Source of the DNA: Vulcanimicrobiota bacterium
GTDB taxonomy: Bacteria; Vulcanimicrobiota; Xenobia; Xenobiales; JADMJV01
Direction: 5' to 3'
Assembly (NCBI GenBank): GCA_050250895.1
Contig: JBFWNU010000001.1
Coordinates: forward strand, 2,788,891 to 2,852,890
Length of the DNA stretch: 64,000 bases
A model generated the notes under the pieces. The model searched no databases and was not told where the DNA came from. It saw only the letters and a program-made list of their open reading frames with translations. Numbering within the stretch: the first letter of the stretch is position 1; each line of letters begins with the position of its first letter. Shown piece after piece: positions 50,073 through 59,744 of the stretch. Made by a program: the position numbers and the translations under genes.

Positions 50073-52460
50073 CTATCGGAACGAGCGCTGGCGGCTAGCG
50101 GTCCTGCGCTTGGCCTCATCGAGCCAAGCGTTTACGGAAGCGGGCCACAGCTTGATTTTCGTTTCTCCGTCATCACCGCCGGTGGGGTCCGGACAATAGG
50201 CTACCAGGCAGCCTTTGGCAAACCCGATGACGGGCTCGAAGCCATAGTAATGCCATTCCAATTGAGCCAGAGGACGGCCTTCTGAGGTCAGCAACTCCAT
50301 GTTCAGGTCGCAGCCACCAAAACTTTGGATGCCGGCGCTCCTCGTGACAGCAAGCACTCGACGACCATCCTCAGAGCATCTGAACGCTCCTTCAGCGAGC
50401 CCATCTCGCCCGTCGGTTTGCGTCTTGGCCACCGCAATTTGGAACAAGGGCCCAAACGGACGACCATCGCGAGCTACCACCTGCCAACTCCGCGCCACGG
50501 GCTCGACCCGGAAATTCGTCATCGGCTTGAGCCCTTTCTCCCAGGTGAGGTTCTCCAGCGGCGGCCCAGAAAGCGGTTGACACGAATCGAGATCCCAGAC
50601 TTCAGCCTGACCTTCCCTGGTCGAGAAAATCTGGAGGTAACGACCGTCGGCCGAGAAACGGGGTCGCCTTTTTGATTCCAATTCAACCCCGCCGACAAAG
50701 TCACGGACACCTACCTTGTAAGCAAAGCCATCGCGACTCCCGACAAATGCCATCGAGTCAGCGGCAACACCGTCCACCGCCAAAATCTCCACTCGCGAGA
50801 GCAACCATTCGTGGATCCGGGGTTCTCGGTAAGACGGGCCCTCGTACCAGACCAGATGGCCGTCGTCGCTGCCAAAGAGCGGGCCCGGGCTGCTGCATAT
50901 ATCGTAGCAACCCCAATTGCCCACAGGCCGCGATGTCTTTTCAATCCATCCGTCATCGCCCTTCCGGAAGCACCTTACGGTAGCCCCCCTCATGGGATAC
51001 AACCAGGAACTCCTTGCGAGCCATAGCTCGTCCCCGAGGGCCTCCAGAGCCTGAATGGGTGTCCCTGCGTAGCTAAACTCCTCCTGCTTGTGCCAGACCT
51101 TCCCGCCAACTTCCGCCATGAACACCTCCCCCATGTGATTGCCTGCCCACCACTGGTTGCCAACGCTGGCAATGGCGGTGACCGCCTCTCCACGGGAAAG
51201 CTCGGTCGAGACTGTGGGCTCGAGCCTCCCACCGCTCCAGTAGTGGACCTCTACGTGCCCATCGGCGAGTCCTACAGCGACCGTTTCTCCCTGAGCCGCG
51301 ATGGCCGTGACTGGTGAGTTGAGAGACAGCACTTCCTTCCAGGTCGTGCCGTCCTTCCCCACGAAGACCTTGCCATTGGCGGCCCCCATCAGCACAGTCC
51401 CATCCGCCCATGCGAAACGACACGACCGAAATTCGACCGCCTGTAGCGGTTTCTCTTCACGAAGTTCAAGTTCCAGGACCACCTTGGGGGTCGAGTGGCC
51501 GGCATTATCCCATCGCCACACCCTCCCGTCCTGACAGCCCATCAGGACAAAGTCTCCCTTGGGACTACACGAGACCGAACAGACCGGACTCTGAAGGTTG
51601 TATTTTTCTTCGACAGGAGCCGCCTGGAGGGCTTCGACAAGTGAGGCTTTTGTTGCTTGGTACTCGGCTGGAAACAGACGTTCCATCCCCGGACGTTGAA
51701 ATTCTTCGGTGAGGGTAACGGCCAGCTTTAGCCCCTGACTGGGATCCACCTTCAATGATTGACTTATCGCCAACAACTGCCCTCGAAGTCGCGAAACATA
51801 GGAGCCGTGAGCGAAGAACAGCGCGACCCCTAGAAGCGAAGTAAAGATTGTCAATAGGGCGGTCCCCGCAACCCACCGGGTGCGCTTGTGCTCTCGAACG
51901 TCTTCGCTGACCAGTTCCTTGAGTTCCATTCCACGGATTGGAGCAGAGAGGCGGGCCGCCGCCTGCAAGAACTCTGGGTTTCTAAGACTCAACGTACCGG
52001 GGCTAGACCTCGCCCAGCCGAGATCCACCCACAAAGGCTCCTCCTGGTAAGCCTTCCGCAGAGCCGCTGGTAATGCGTCGGTCAATCCCCAATCGAAGTC
52101 TTGGTCGCCCCACGCGAAGGTGCCGTCCGAGCGGACGAGCAGCAAATTTTCAACCCTGCCCATATCTTGAACCCAATACTTGACCTCTTCGCCGACCCAC
52201 TTCGAGGCAGCCGAGGTCGGGCAACCCAAAAGAATCAGGTATCGGCTGGACTCAAGGGCTGCCTGAATCGACTTCCACGCGCCCGGTGTTGCGGCCAAAT
52301 CCGTCTCGTCACGAAAGATCCGAACACTACGCAGCCGATACCAGGGTTTTGCAAGACCCTCGAGGGCTTTCTGCAGGTGGATGGCCAATAAGCGATCGGC
52401 GGCGTGGCTGTAAGAAATAAACGCGTCGAAACGTTCTATGGAAGAGCTCGATTTACTCAT
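50073..52460 (-). CDS. TIR-transmembrane-WD40/beta-propeller protein
   Basis: FDAFISYSH, IFRDETDL, SKWVGEEV. TM WVAGTALLTIFTSLLGVALFF. Repeats such as GCQDGRVWRWD. Confidence 0.85.
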   Translation of the reverse strand: MSKSSSSIERFDAFISYSHAADRLLAIHLQKALEGLAKPWYRLRSVRIFRDETDLAATPGAWKSIQAALESSRYLILLGCPTSAASKWVGEEVKYWVQDMGRVENLLLVRSDGTFAWGDQDFDWGLTDALPAALRKAYQEEPLWVDLGWARSSPGTLSLRNPEFLQAAARLSAPIRGMELKELVSEDVREHKRTRWVAGTALLTIFTSLLGVALFFAHGSYVSRLRGQLLAISQSLKVDPSQGLKLAVTLTEEFQRPGMERLFPAEYQATKASLVEALQAAPVEEKYNLQSPVCSVSCSPKGDFVLMGCQDGRVWRWDNAGHSTPKVVLELELREEKPLQAVEFRSCRFAWADGTVLMGAANGKVFVGKDGTTWKEVLSLNSPVTAIAAQGETVAVGLADGHVEVHYWSGGRLEPTVSTELSRGEAVTAIASVGNQWWAGNHMGEVFMAEVGGKVWHKQEEFSYAGTPIQALEALGDELWLARSSWLYPMRGATVRCFRKGDDGWIEKTSRPVGNWGCYDICSSPGPLFGSDDGHLVWYEGPSYREPRIHEWLLSRVEILAVDGVAADSMAFVGSRDGFAYKVGVRDFVGGVELESKRRPRFSADGRYLQIFSTREGQAEVWDLDSCQPLSGPPLENLTWEKGLKPMTNFRVEPVARSWQVVARDGRPFGPLFQIAVAKTQTDGRDGLAEGAFRCSEDGRRVLAVTRSAGIQSFGGCDLNMELLTSEGRPLAQLEWHYYGFEPVIGFAKGCLVAYCPDPTGGDDGETKIKLWPASVNAWLDEAKRRTASRQRSFR

Positions 52461-52470
52461 TGCAAAAGGC

Positions 52471-54570
52471 CTACTTTCTGGCCAAGTCAAAGGGCGGGCT
52501 AGTAATCACATCGAAGCCGACCCCCGCCTGCAGGGCCAGGTTGTGGCTGGGCTTGTTCACCAGCAGGGCTCGGAGACCAGTGAAGCGGACTCTTCCATCC
52601 GGAAGCAGCGAAACGTCGACAGAGTTGACCCGATCCCTGAGCGGTTGGGTTAAGTGAACCATGCCGAGGCTAACCGAGGGCTCCAGGTCGAAAACGTCCT
52701 CATCGCCAACGACCACGACCTGGTTGTTGGCCGCCTCACCGCGCTCAACAATGGCAAGGCTGAACTTGCCTTCACCGTGAACCAACCCCAGTCGTGGCTC
52801 TTTCAACGCTAGAGGTTGGTAGTGATAGACCAGGATGTGGCGCAGGTCCCTTCCGTCCGTCCCATCGTTGTTCTTATCCAACCTTATTCGCTCCTGGTCC
52901 TCTGGCCGAACCTGGAGGAGGACGATTCCTGATGGGTCCACTCGAGCGTCCAACTCCAGTAGTTCAAACTCGTGCTTGTGTTCCAGCTCAAACAACCATT
53001 TGAAGAGCCTGAGGCCGGTCGATACCAATCCCAGTGCGCCGATGCCAGCGGGGCCAAGCAGTCCGGCCACCAATCCTGGTAAAGCCGACCGGGCGCCTTC
53101 CGCTATGAACTGCGGGAGCCTCCCTCTCTTGAGTTCGGCGTGGAGTCTTATCAACTCGCCAGTGAGTTCCAGCGGAGTCTTGCCGTCAAAGTTTGCGCCC
53201 AATTGCTGCAGGGCCAACTGACCCAAACCTCGCCCCAAATCGAGCGGCGCCACCCCAGCCGTCGCGGCCGTCACACCGCTGACCACCTCGAGGAGTCGGC
53301 GAAGGGTTTGGCGGTTGTGGAACTCACTGACGGTGCCCTCACCCGCCCTGAGCAACTTGCCGGCACTCTTGTCTTCCAAAGGGATGAGGAAGAGAGAAAA
53401 CGCAACCCCACCGAAAGTTGGCTTTCTGAGAGTCGGCCCATCATTGTGCACTACTCGCAGGAAAAAATTGCTATTCTCGAAGAAGTCCTGTTTCTTCTTG
53501 CCGGGGTCGAACATGGTCACTACGAATGTCCAGTCGCGGCCCTGATCCGAATCGAAGACCGAAGGCAGACCGAGGGCCTCGAGACCCTGACCTGATAAAT
53601 CAACTGAGAACTCATAGTTCGCGGACAAGAGTCGCGGCATCAAAGGCAGCGGGTTTGCTCTGCCCCCGTGATGCAAGTTTAGCCTCAGCGGATAAACCGT
53701 CGGAACGGGCCCGACGGGCCTGGTTTCGTCCCCTCCATCGTCGAACAGTTGGCGGCCGAGACTCGTGAGTTCCACGATTTCCGCTAGAGGAAGGAGCGGA
53801 TCGATGGAACCTTGCCGGACGCCACGAACGAACCCGCTGTCTTTGAGAGCATTTACGGCCGACATGACATCGTGAGAACGGTCGGCTACGGTCATTGCGC
53901 CCAGAGCCAGGTCTTGGACTAGCCGGAGACGTTCACGCGCCTCCGCCTGGGCATCCGCTAGAACGATGTTGAGCAAATCTAGTCCACGTCTCGTCAAGTT
54001 CTGGACCTCAGCCTCCATTTCGGAGGTGAGGTTGACAAATCCGGCACGAGCAAGCCGCAAAAGACTGTTCTTGACGTCGATTTCCAGCTTACCCGTTCGG
54101 CCCAAGAGCAGGTCTGCCAGAACTACAAGGTCCCGGAGTTGCAAGTCTTGCGTAACGGAGGTAAATGCCTCTGGCAACAGGCTGGACGGGATGCTCGAAA
54201 GGGCCGCGACGAGCAGTTGTTGGAGCTCATCGATGGCGAAGAGTTGGAGCTCGTCCAAGTCTGGCAGTTCCACTACGGGGTCGTCTAGGGCAACAGGAAG
54301 CAGCGTGGCCAGACCCTCGCGGCGCCGGGACAACGCAAGTTCCCAAAGAGGCTTGAACCAGTCTCCTTGTACGTCCGTCAGGCCATCGCTCAAAAGCGGG
54401 ACGAGTATGGCGCAGCCTCGGACCAAGTCCACCGCATCCAACAGAGGCGGTGAAACCACGCTCACTACCGCAAAAGGAATCAGCGCTTTGAATTGCTCTT
54501 CGAGTGAAAGGACAACGTCTATGGCAGCATCGCTAGCCAGTATGCCAACCTTTAACAAATGAACCCCCAT
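52471..54570 (-). CDS. Hypothetical multidomain protein (degenerate TIR-like N-terminus, two winged-helix-like segments, hydrophobic hairpin)
   Basis: AILVPLLS...ELAL.RR....LLPVAL. LARAGFV...LTRRG and LKDSGFV...LTSLG. Confidence 0.6.
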   Translation of the reverse strand: MGVHLLKVGILASDAAIDVVLSLEEQFKALIPFAVVSVVSPPLLDAVDLVRGCAILVPLLSDGLTDVQGDWFKPLWELALSRRREGLATLLPVALDDPVVELPDLDELQLFAIDELQQLLVAALSSIPSSLLPEAFTSVTQDLQLRDLVVLADLLLGRTGKLEIDVKNSLLRLARAGFVNLTSEMEAEVQNLTRRGLDLLNIVLADAQAEARERLRLVQDLALGAMTVADRSHDVMSAVNALKDSGFVRGVRQGSIDPLLPLAEIVELTSLGRQLFDDGGDETRPVGPVPTVYPLRLNLHHGGRANPLPLMPRLLSANYEFSVDLSGQGLEALGLPSVFDSDQGRDWTFVVTMFDPGKKKQDFFENSNFFLRVVHNDGPTLRKPTFGGVAFSLFLIPLEDKSAGKLLRAGEGTVSEFHNRQTLRRLLEVVSGVTAATAGVAPLDLGRGLGQLALQQLGANFDGKTPLELTGELIRLHAELKRGRLPQFIAEGARSALPGLVAGLLGPAGIGALGLVSTGLRLFKWLFELEHKHEFELLELDARVDPSGIVLLQVRPEDQERIRLDKNNDGTDGRDLRHILVYHYQPLALKEPRLGLVHGEGKFSLAIVERGEAANNQVVVVGDEDVFDLEPSVSLGMVHLTQPLRDRVNSVDVSLLPDGRVRFTGLRALLVNKPSHNLALQAGVGFDVITSPPFDLARK

Positions 54571-54766
54571 AGAGCTGTTTGATAGGTCGAAGGTCCCACC
54601 CTAAGGCAGGAGTGGCCTCTTCTACTCGAGCCTTTCACTCGATGGTTGGCCCGTCCTTCTGCCCGACCGCGGAGCCGACCTTATGCGGAGGTCGGCAGAA
54701 TGGCGTGAAGGATGAGGTCTCGTCGGCCGGATTCGCAGGGGTCGTGCCCTGATCTTGCAAGGCTTG

Positions 54767-54806
54767 TCTCTCAGGAGCGCTCTCTCTCAGGAGCGCTCTC
54801 TCTCAG
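54767..54806. repeat. 16-bp tandem direct repeat in a divergent intergenic region
   Basis: TCTCTCAGGAGCGCTC x2 plus a partial copy. Confidence 0.7.
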
Positions 54807-54908
54807 TCGGGGACGCAGGCTCAGGCGGCTTTGGGTCGAATCGCTTTGCGATTCGAACCCAGCGAGGGCAATTCGCCATCAAATGAAGCAGGACGGAGTT
54901 TGCAGTTC

Positions 54909-56423
54909 ATGGGTCGTGAGCGCGAAGAATATATTACCTTCTTAAGCTACGCTTGGAATGATGACCGGGACTGGACGACCCATTTCGGCAATCTACTTGA
55001 AAGTATCCTTCAACAGTTCTCTGGTCAAAAGATGATGAAGATCTTTCGTGACCTAAAGTTGCGTTCGGATAAGATTCTATCGGAGGGGATACGGGAGGCT
55101 CTTGATTGTTCATCAAGCCTTACGTGCGTGATGTCCCCATCTTATCTCAAGTCCCAGTGGTGTCAAAATGAATTAAGCTATTTTCAGGAGTATCATCCGA
55201 CCCGCCCAATATTCCTCGTGACAGCAATTCCTGTGGAGGGCATCGATGGCCGTCTTCACCATCCTTTTTGGAACTATGTCCAGGAGCGAGGCCGATACAA
55301 GAGAATCAAGCCGACGGACGACGAGTTTCACGAGATTGTGGAGTACTTGGGGCAGGATATCCTAGAAGCCCTCGGTTTGTTCGAACCCCCCGGCGGCGCG
55401 CCGAAGTCCCACACCGCCGTGTCCCTCCTGGCGGAAGAGGATCGGACCAGATTGGCCTCTGGGCCACTGCCTACTGCATCGGAGAAGGGGATGCACCTTG
55501 AGGTCGCCGGACCCCATGACCTTCAACAGGTTGTTCTCTACAACTTCAACAGGAAAGCCCAAGCCTATTTTCGGTCGTTGCTTGCGCCCGCGCCAATGCA
55601 GTCACAGAACGCGCTGGAACTTCTTCGTATGATAGAGAAGTATTGCGAGGATGAAGTATTGGCCTACGGGTCTAGGTGGCTTGACGTAGGCTGTGGAACG
55701 GGTCTCGTGCTAGCGTTGATGCGAGACTGCCAAACAGCCCCTCCTCTCAACGATATCGTCACCCTCGGGTTAGACTATTCTTCTGAAATGATCAGGCTGT
55801 CAAAAGAGGTCGCTGCATACAATGATGTAGTCCAACTTGACGTCGTGGAGATGGACGCCGAGAAGTTGGGTCAACCGTTCGATTGCGTGGTGGCGAACAA
55901 CGTATTCCATTGGCTCTTGGATCTGGAAAAGATTCGGCGGGCCATGAAGAACTGTGCCTCGTGCCTGAGGCACGGCGGGATCTTGGCGGCCAGTATCGCG
56001 GGCCGTGGAACGGGGAAAGCCTTCTTCCAGGTATACCGGGAGACGATGGCCGAACTTCTTGACGGGGCAACGATGGCGAACTGGAAGTCACACATCGACA
56101 ATCCCATCGGGCTTCAAGCTTTGAGTGAAATCGTGGATCTCGCCCTTCCCAACGACTTCACTGTTGTTGAAGCTCGTCTAAGATATGAGCCTGTAGTCTA
56201 CAAAAACCCTGAAATGTATGTTGAGGCAGCTCGGGCCTACGGGGAATTTGTCTTCACTGCGCCATTTCTGGGACTGAACGGGGACGCCCTGGTTGATCAG
56301 TTCTGGCGTCGTCTCAAAGAGAAGTTTCGGCAACTCTGGGAGCAGTCACCTGCCGCAGAGCGGTTAGGTGGTAGATACCTACACGATCAGTACATGATCT
56401 ACGTTCTATATCGAAAGAGATGA
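54909..56423 (+). CDS. TIR domain fused to class I SAM-dependent methyltransferase
   Basis: FLSYA, IFRD, MSPSYLKSQWCQNEL. WLDVGCGTG, GLDYSSEMI, FDCVVANNVFHW. Confidence 0.88.
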   Translation: MGREREEYITFLSYAWNDDRDWTTHFGNLLESILQQFSGQKMMKIFRDLKLRSDKILSEGIREALDCSSSLTCVMSPSYLKSQWCQNELSYFQEYHPTRPIFLVTAIPVEGIDGRLHHPFWNYVQERGRYKRIKPTDDEFHEIVEYLGQDILEALGLFEPPGGAPKSHTAVSLLAEEDRTRLASGPLPTASEKGMHLEVAGPHDLQQVVLYNFNRKAQAYFRSLLAPAPMQSQNALELLRMIEKYCEDEVLAYGSRWLDVGCGTGLVLALMRDCQTAPPLNDIVTLGLDYSSEMIRLSKEVAAYNDVVQLDVVEMDAEKLGQPFDCVVANNVFHWLLDLEKIRRAMKNCASCLRHGGILAASIAGRGTGKAFFQVYRETMAELLDGATMANWKSHIDNPIGLQALSEIVDLALPNDFTVVEARLRYEPVVYKNPEMYVEAARAYGEFVFTAPFLGLNGDALVDQFWRRLKEKFRQLWEQSPAAERLGGRYLHDQYMIYVLYRKR

Positions 56424-56519
56424 CGAAGGTTGGCTGAACGCGGGAGCCGAGACAGACGCCACGAGGTCTACATAACCGTCTCGCGATGACATTCAAGCTC
56501 TAAGAGAGAACCAAGCTTC

Positions 56520-57746
56520 ATGCACACAGCTCAAGACCTGGACCAACTCCCAGGAATCCTTCTCGCTCAGCCCTGCATTCGGGATGGCCTCAACGAGCCA
56601 TACTCTCCCAATCACACTTCTGGGCAGACAACCACCCAGCACGTTGCCACGCAGATGGAAATGCTCACCAGGCTCCGACACGGAGACTATGCGGCGTTGC
56701 AGGCGATGGTGGCGAACCCCAACGGCGCCTTAACCGTGTCCGCGGAGGAGTTGAAGGATGTTCTCGCGCCTATGGCTGAGCAATTTGGCTCCTCAGAGTG
56801 GATGGTCCTCACGCTTGTCGTAGCCTATCACGACCTGGGCAAGATGGAGGCTGCTTGGGCCAACGAGCACGGTCTTGACACCACTGGGGTAGAGTGGTTG
56901 GCTCACGACTATGACAGTAAAGGCCTGCTGGTGGCCAATCCCGGACTCTTGACTCCCTACTCGCTCGACGAAAAGGAGCGAGAAGCCGTTCTGGAGCTTT
57001 GTCGTCTCCATTCGGTCCCCGGCCAGTTCTTTTTCGGAGAAGGCAGTTTGGCCGCCTACGAGGGGCTGCGGCATCAGCACCCTTTCGGGATGACGATGGG
57101 GCGGACTCACGGTTTGCTCGACGTGATGTCGGCTCTAAATCATGGGTTCGTCAGACCGATCCTGGAATCGCACCGCGACCTAGGAGAGCTCGTGGCCAAG
57201 GCTCAGTCTTCAGGAAGGCCTCTGGACGATGTCTTTCGAGATGCCTCGGAAGAACAGTTCGAGAAGGAAGTCGATAGCGGGGCGCCCGTGGGTGCTGTTA
57301 GTTGGCGGCGCCTTCGTCGTCTGCTCGGCAAGAGATTTTCTCCCGAGAATCTCAATGAGGCGTTGACTGCCGTCCCTGCAGAGTTTGTTACTCTGTTCGA
57401 CCTGGTGTCTGATGGCGACCATACCTGGTATGGCACCTACATCGCCAACGCCTTCGGCAGCGGTCTGTTGGCCGCTTTGGATGGGACGTCCGAGGCGGCC
57501 GGAGCGGTCGGGCTGCTGGTCAAGGCAATCGCTTGTGCGGGTCGACGAATGGAACATCGGAAGGAGTGGACCGTGAGTGCGCTAGAGCCGTCGCTTCAGG
57601 TGAAGGAAGGACGAGATGGCGCTCTGGCAGTCCTGCGAAGTCTGGCTCCAGCCGAGACCCTGGAACAAGCCTATCAGCTTCTAGATGCTGGGCCCCTGCG
57701 CTATAAAGTGGGCGATTCGGGAGTGGAGTTTTCGTGGCAGGCGTGA
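56520..57746 (+). CDS. HD-superfamily phosphohydrolase-like protein
   Basis: QHV...AYHDLGK...AHD...RLHS...LLDVMS spacing is typical of the HD fold. Confidence 0.7.
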   Translation: MHTAQDLDQLPGILLAQPCIRDGLNEPYSPNHTSGQTTTQHVATQMEMLTRLRHGDYAALQAMVANPNGALTVSAEELKDVLAPMAEQFGSSEWMVLTLVVAYHDLGKMEAAWANEHGLDTTGVEWLAHDYDSKGLLVANPGLLTPYSLDEKEREAVLELCRLHSVPGQFFFGEGSLAAYEGLRHQHPFGMTMGRTHGLLDVMSALNHGFVRPILESHRDLGELVAKAQSSGRPLDDVFRDASEEQFEKEVDSGAPVGAVSWRRLRRLLGKRFSPENLNEALTAVPAEFVTLFDLVSDGDHTWYGTYIANAFGSGLLAALDGTSEAAGAVGLLVKAIACAGRRMEHRKEWTVSALEPSLQVKEGRDGALAVLRSLAPAETLEQAYQLLDAGPLRYKVGDSGVEFSWQA

Positions 57747-57873
57747 ATTACGCTTCTTCTCTCTGGACGTCGCCAACAGGCCCGGTGACGATAGCTTGTC
57801 TGCAGACCGATTGCACTCACTGAAGGATCCCGATGTAATGCAACGAAGCGGGTCGTCACTATGAGGGGGTCGA

Positions 57874-58455
57874 GTGGTAACTTTCACCAAACGCAGCTTT
57901 CGGTTGAATCTAAGTTTTGCTCAATTCGGGGGTGAGATCGACCAGGAGGATCGCCAGTGCGCCTGGGAGTTCTACTGTGAACTCACGACTCGGGTTGGTG
58001 TCCGGGGTAGATTGGACGGATCGGGCAGCGATGTCTTCACCGGCGAGATTTTGGTTGAAAGTCTCGAGTCGCTATGTACGTTCTTCCAGACGTCCCGCAT
58101 CATTATGAAGAAATACCCGGTTGGACGGGTTGCCGCCGGGGAGGCCAACCTTGGATTTGCCATTGCTCAGTTGCTCGAGTTCGTCGTCCGGCCATTCCTC
58201 GAGAAGTGGCAAGCGACCTATCGGTACTGGTGGACTGTTCATCAGGACGGCCGCAGAAACCCATTCGCCCTACAAGCAGAGTTCCCCAAGTTCGAAGAGT
58301 TGACGAAAGACTGGGTCGCCGTCCGCAAGTTTTGCCGGTCCGCTGCGCACGAACTGGCCAAAGCCTATCATCTCATCGACCTGCTGGACCTGGCACCCGA
58401 CGAGGCCCGTCAGCAACAGGTGAACGAGACGGCCGCTGTTTGCAGGCTGATTTAG
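57874..58455 (+). CDS. Helical hypothetical protein
   Basis: AWEFYCELTTRV, SL.TFF...R.IMKKYP, VVRPFLEKWQ. First gene of the TIR-SLOG operon. Confidence 0.75.
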   Translation: MVTFTKRSFRLNLSFAQFGGEIDQEDRQCAWEFYCELTTRVGVRGRLDGSGSDVFTGEILVESLESLCTFFQTSRIIMKKYPVGRVAAGEANLGFAIAQLLEFVVRPFLEKWQATYRYWWTVHQDGRRNPFALQAEFPKFEELTKDWVAVRKFCRSAAHELAKAYHLIDLLDLAPDEARQQQVNETAAVCRLI

Positions 58456-58466
58456 CGGAGGACTAT

Positions 58467-59744
58467 TTGCTTAAGACGACAGTAGATACTAGGGCACCGT
58501 TTTGCCTCTATGTGGTCTGGCACCCTGAATGCACCGATGGGAAATACCTGGCCCGCCAAGTCTTTGATTGGTTTCACGCCCCGAGCGGCGAACTCCATCG
58601 GTCGGGCTTGGGAATTCCGGTATATTACCGCACTTCCAAGCAGGGGCCACCGCGTCCGCTAGAGGCGGACGAGGCCCAGCACAACGTCGTAGTCGCTCTT
58701 GTGGATCACAATCTGGTCGCGGACGCGGGTTGGCGTGGCTTCCTCGCGGGGTGTCGCCACAAGAATACGACGATCTTTCCGGTCCCGCTTCATCGCTCAG
58801 CCTATCAGCTAAGTTCCGTCAACGCTCTCAACTTTCTTCGCGTGGACGGTCGAAAAGATGGAGAAGAAGACCCTCAGCAACGACAGGAACGCCGTGGTCA
58901 ACGATTGCGCCGGCAACTGACCGAAGTCTGTGCCCGGTTGCTTCAGAAGTCGCTGCACGGAAAGACCGACGAAACCAGAGCTAATCTCGAGACGATTCTT
59001 GAGAAGATACAAGACGAGGTGGATTGCCTCGAGTTGCGCAAGTACCTCGCACCGGTCTTCCGTGACGAAGCGGGGGAACCCGTCACCATCTTTCTCAGCC
59101 ATGCCAAGGCTGATGGCACCGATGTCACCGAGAAGTTGCGAATGCATGTCCAGACCTACGGCCAGTTGCGCTCTTTCTACGATGAGAGTGACCTGCCTAT
59201 CGGCTACCAGTTCGGGAACAAGTTGGAGGAGGCCGTGAAAGAAGGTGGCGCTATGATTTCAGTGGTGACCGATGCCTATGCCAGCCGACCTTGGTGCCGG
59301 GCTGAGTTGGCTTGGGCGCGGCGTCCACGACTGGAGGAGGGTAGCCTAAGTCATTGGAAGGTGACGCCCACCCTGGTTGTGACAGCAATGAGCGGTGGCC
59401 TGACCAGGACCATACCCGAAATAGGGAATCTTCCTTCCATCCACTGGGTGCCAGGACGCGAACAGTACATATTGGATTTGCTCCTTCTGGAGGTGCTGCT
59501 GGCAAGTTATCATCGCCTGAACGCGCAGAGCATTGTTCATCGTTCCGGGCGCCATGTAATTAGCTGGGTGCCCGACCCGATCTCGGTCATGGAACTGGCC
59601 GCGACCTGCCGCGCTGAAGGGCTTGAGCTAAACGAACTGGTTTACCCGGGTCACGGTATCTCGGCGGCCGAACGGGAGGCCATCAAGCGCATCGTGCCAG
59701 GAACGCTCACTTTGAGGACCTATGAGGAGGCCTGGCAAGAATGA
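58467..59744 (+). CDS. TIR-domain protein (extra N-terminal TIR-like domain plus catalytic-type TIR)
   Basis: GGAGGA RBS before TTG 58467. IFLSHAKADG, FYDESDL, AYASRPWCRAEL. Confidence 0.87.
   Translation: MLKTTVDTRAPFCLYVVWHPECTDGKYLARQVFDWFHAPSGELHRSGLGIPVYYRTSKQGPPRPLEADEAQHNVVVALVDHNLVADAGWRGFLAGCRHKNTTIFPVPLHRSAYQLSSVNALNFLRVDGRKDGEEDPQQRQERRGQRLRRQLTEVCARLLQKSLHGKTDETRANLETILEKIQDEVDCLELRKYLAPVFRDEAGEPVTIFLSHAKADGTDVTEKLRMHVQTYGQLRSFYDESDLPIGYQFGNKLEEAVKEGGAMISVVTDAYASRPWCRAELAWARRPRLEEGSLSHWKVTPTLVVTAMSGGLTRTIPEIGNLPSIHWVPGREQYILDLLLLEVLLASYHRLNAQSIVHRSGRHVISWVPDPISVMELAATCRAEGLELNELVYPGHGISAAEREAIKRIVPGTLTLRTYEEAWQE

Noticed and set aside
58074-58466. N-terminal extension of the TIR ORF in the ORF track
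   Set aside because: It overlaps the 57874 gene in another frame, and a strong RBS supports TTG 58467.
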